DNA from: Dictyostelium discoideum
Lineage: Eukaryota
Direction of reading: 5' to 3'
Assembly: GCA_000004695.1 (NCBI GenBank)
Contig: CM000151.3
Span: 2,880,001 to 2,944,000, forward strand
Length of the DNA: 64,000 nucleotides
Shown here: positions 61,844 through 64,000 of the stretch, in pieces
Position numbering within the stretch: the stretch's first letter is position 1
How the letters are laid out: each line of letters begins with the position of its first letter
Program-made: the position numbers and the translations under genes
Notes under the pieces: generated by a model
Databases searched by the model: none
Seen by the model: only the letters and a program-made list of their open reading frames with translations
What the model was told of the DNA's origin: nothing

Positions 61844-62917
61844 TTATTGTAGATTTGTTGCTGTTGTGGTAGTAACAGGAGTATTCATTACTTTTTGCCA
61901 ACATTCATATGTACAAACTGGAAGATTATTTTTTGGACAATTATATCTTTTAATATTATTACAATTTAAAACTGAGCATTTAATTGGTGTATTGATTTTA
62001 ACTGTTGTCGTTGTTGTTGTTGTTGCTGTTGCTGTTGCTGTATTTTTACTTATTTCTTTATCTTTTTCAATTTGTTCAATCATTGGATGCCCAATCGGAT
62101 ATGATAAAGTTTTACCATTATCACTATCATCCTTATAACAAACTGTTTTACCATTTATTTGTTTTAAAAATAAATCCTTTAAAAATTTTAAATAATTAAA
62201 TTAATACAGAGTGTTTTTTTTTTAATATACATATATATATAAAAATAAACTTACATGTCTTGAGGGCTTTTTTTCATCCTCAGCAGATGTTTCTTTTGTA
62301 GCAGCTTTTCTATAAAATAATTGATTAACGACATCTCTCATACTCGCTTCATCTTCTTCTATCTTTTTATTTCTTCTATATAATGCAATTTCACTCTTTT
62401 TTTGTTTCATCTCATCTGTTAATACTTTTATCTTTTTAACTTCTTGTGGTATTGGTGCCAATAGTTTTTGATTTAATCCACCACCACTACCTCTTTTCAT
62501 ATCTTTTTGTCTACTTGTACCAATTAAATTATTATTATTATTTTTATTATTACCTTCAATTTCTTCATCTTCTTCATCGTCTTCTTCATCTTCTAAATCC
62601 TCTTCTTCTTCATTAAATTCTTCATCTTCATCTTCATTAAATTCTTCATCTTCATCTTCATTTTTATTTTTATTTTTACCTCCACTATTATTATTATTAT
62701 TTGATGTTGAATTTTCATCACCAATATCTAATTCTTCATCATCTTCATCTTCTTCCATTGGTTCATTGTAATTACTATTTTTACCGCCTTTTTTATTATT
62801 TATTTTATTATTATTATTATTTACATTTATTGGTTCATCATCACTACCAAAATCACTACTACTACTACTGCTACTTAATTCATCGTCACTAAATTTATTA
62901 TTTTTTATTGGTTTCAT
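61844..62917 (-). CDS. Acidic (D/E/N-rich) protein with a C-terminal Cys-rich zf-HIT-like segment, ~331 aa, 2 exons: 62255..62917 and 61844..62176
   Basis: ATG at 62915-62917. Acidic run '..EDEDDEELDIGDE..EDEDEEFNEDEDEEFNEEEEDLEDEEDDEEDEEIEG'. Donor CAT|GTAAGT; acceptor tttaaag|GAT; phase 0. Exon 2 '..PIKCSVLNCNNIKRYNCPKNNLPVCTYECWQKV'. The track ORF 61844..62083 is this exon. Confidence 0.5.
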
Positions 62918-63022
62918 TTGTTTAAAAGATTTTTTTTTTTTTTTTTTTGTGAGTTTTATAATTAATGAAAAAAATAAAAAAAAATAAAAAAAGTTAAAAA
63001 AATTTTAAAAAAAAAAACAAAT

Positions 63023-63062
<40 letters not shown>

Positions 63063-63448
63063 TTTTTAACCTTTTTTTAGTAAATTTATTCTCAAAATTT
63101 TTTTTTTTTAAACACCAAGAATTTGAAACTTTAAAAAAATAAAAAAAAATCTTTTCTTAAATATTTATTCAATAAATAAATAATTAATAATTACCTTTTT
63201 TTTTTTTTTTTATTTATTATTATTTTTATTATTTTTTTTAAAAATCATTAAAATAAATGAAATCAAATCTGGATTATTTTATTTGTTTTGGACTTTATTT
63301 TTTTTATGTACTAATGAAATTCTATTTATTTTATTTATTTTTAAATTTTTTATTTTTATTTTTTTTATTTTTTTATTTTTATTTTTATTTTTTTTTTTTT
63401 CAATTTTCATTTTCCGTTTTTTCATTTCAATCCAAATAAAAAAGGAAA

Positions 63449-63931
63449 ATGGCAGGGTCAATGAAAAATTTATTGGGATCATTGCAAACTAGTTTAAATT
63501 CCAAACCATATTCTCTTGGTAAATCATTTATAAAAGTTTTTAGAAAAAGTAATGGATTTTGTGATTTTGATTTCACATTAAAAGATGGTTCAGCCAAAGG
63601 TATAGCTTTAATTGATACAAACTTTGAACCCCCTATTAGAATCATGAACTATTGTAATGAAATATTTTCAAGAGATTATATTAAGTATGTTAAAAATCAT
63701 CAATAATATTATTTTCACAATTATATCTTATACTAATTTTTTTTTTTTTTTTTTTTTTTTTAAAACAAAAATAGAAATTCATTAAAAAAAGCGATGGAAC
63801 TTAGAGAAAAACTTTCAAATGATAAAATTATTGATATTGGACCAAAGTCAGCATATAGATTAGTTAATGATGGTTCAGATGGTTTATCAGGATTAACAGT
63901 TGATGTTTTTGCTGATTATTTACAAATTACT
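63449..63931 (+). CDS. RlmI/YccW-like SAM-dependent RNA (m5C) methyltransferase, 5' part; exons 63449..63684 and 63775..63931, then a GTAATT donor; continues beyond the window
   Basis: 'YRLVNDGSDGLSGLTVDVFADYLQI' matches E. coli RlmI '[26 protein letters not shown]'. Exon 1 donor AA|GTATGT; acceptor aaaatag|A; phase 2. This joins 'SRDYI-K-NSLKKAMELREKL' in frame. Confidence 0.45.
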
Positions 63932-64000
63932 GTAATTATTATTATTATTTCCTATTTTTTTTTTTTTTAATTTATTTTATATACATATATTAATACAAAT

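Noticed and set aside
62701-63492. Small ORFs 62701..62892 (+), 63257..63439 (+), 63279..63482 (-) and 63283..63492 (+)
   Set aside because: They are antisense to the acidic-protein exon or built from (T)n/(TTTTTA)n promoter spacer. The last two also overlap the real RlmI-like start in other frames.

Overview
This 64 kb window is nuclear DNA from a very AT-rich social-amoeba-type genome, judged by sequence features to be Dictyostelium discoideum or a close relative. It has long (AAT)n-encoded poly-Asn and poly-Gln/Thr tracts inside genes, short A/T-rich introns with GTAAGT/GTATGT donors and ..AG acceptors, frequent phase-split codons, and poly-A/T intergenic spacers. One 100-nt run of N at 8075-8174 is an assembly gap.

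I reconstructed about 22 protein-coding genes by hand; exon coordinates and phases were checked against the supplied ORF track. On the minus strand:
- a partial Harbinger/HARBI1-like transposase ORF at the left edge
- two paralogous secreted cysteine-rich mini-peptide genes
- a secreted glycoprotein gene
- a ~5,000-aa three-P-loop AAA+-like giant, most of it in one 14.6-kb exon
- an N-rich protein with a coding tandem repeat
- a 2-phosphoglycerate-kinase-like P-loop gene, possibly with a poly-N tail exon
- an HSP20 small heat-shock protein
- a seven-exon VPS35L (retriever subunit) ortholog
- a hybrid histidine kinase with PAS, HisKA, HATPase and receiver domains
- a DHHC palmitoyltransferase
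- atg4
- an acidic protein with a cysteine-rich tail

On the plus strand:
- two tandem SMYD (SET+MYND) genes
- trappc1/Bet5
- a coactosin-type ADF-H gene followed by a second, start-less ADF-H unit
- dipeptidyl-peptidase III
- an EF-P-like putative mitochondrial factor
- pirin
- the 5' part of an RlmI-like RNA methyltransferase

I found no rRNA, tRNA or CRISPR. The hunt section covers the transposase-like ORF missing from the ORF track, the giant P-loop protein, the mini-peptide pair (one with an intron directly after ATG), the interrupted coactosin tandem, duplicated splice junctions, a small hairpin element, a GT-rich island and several direct repeats.
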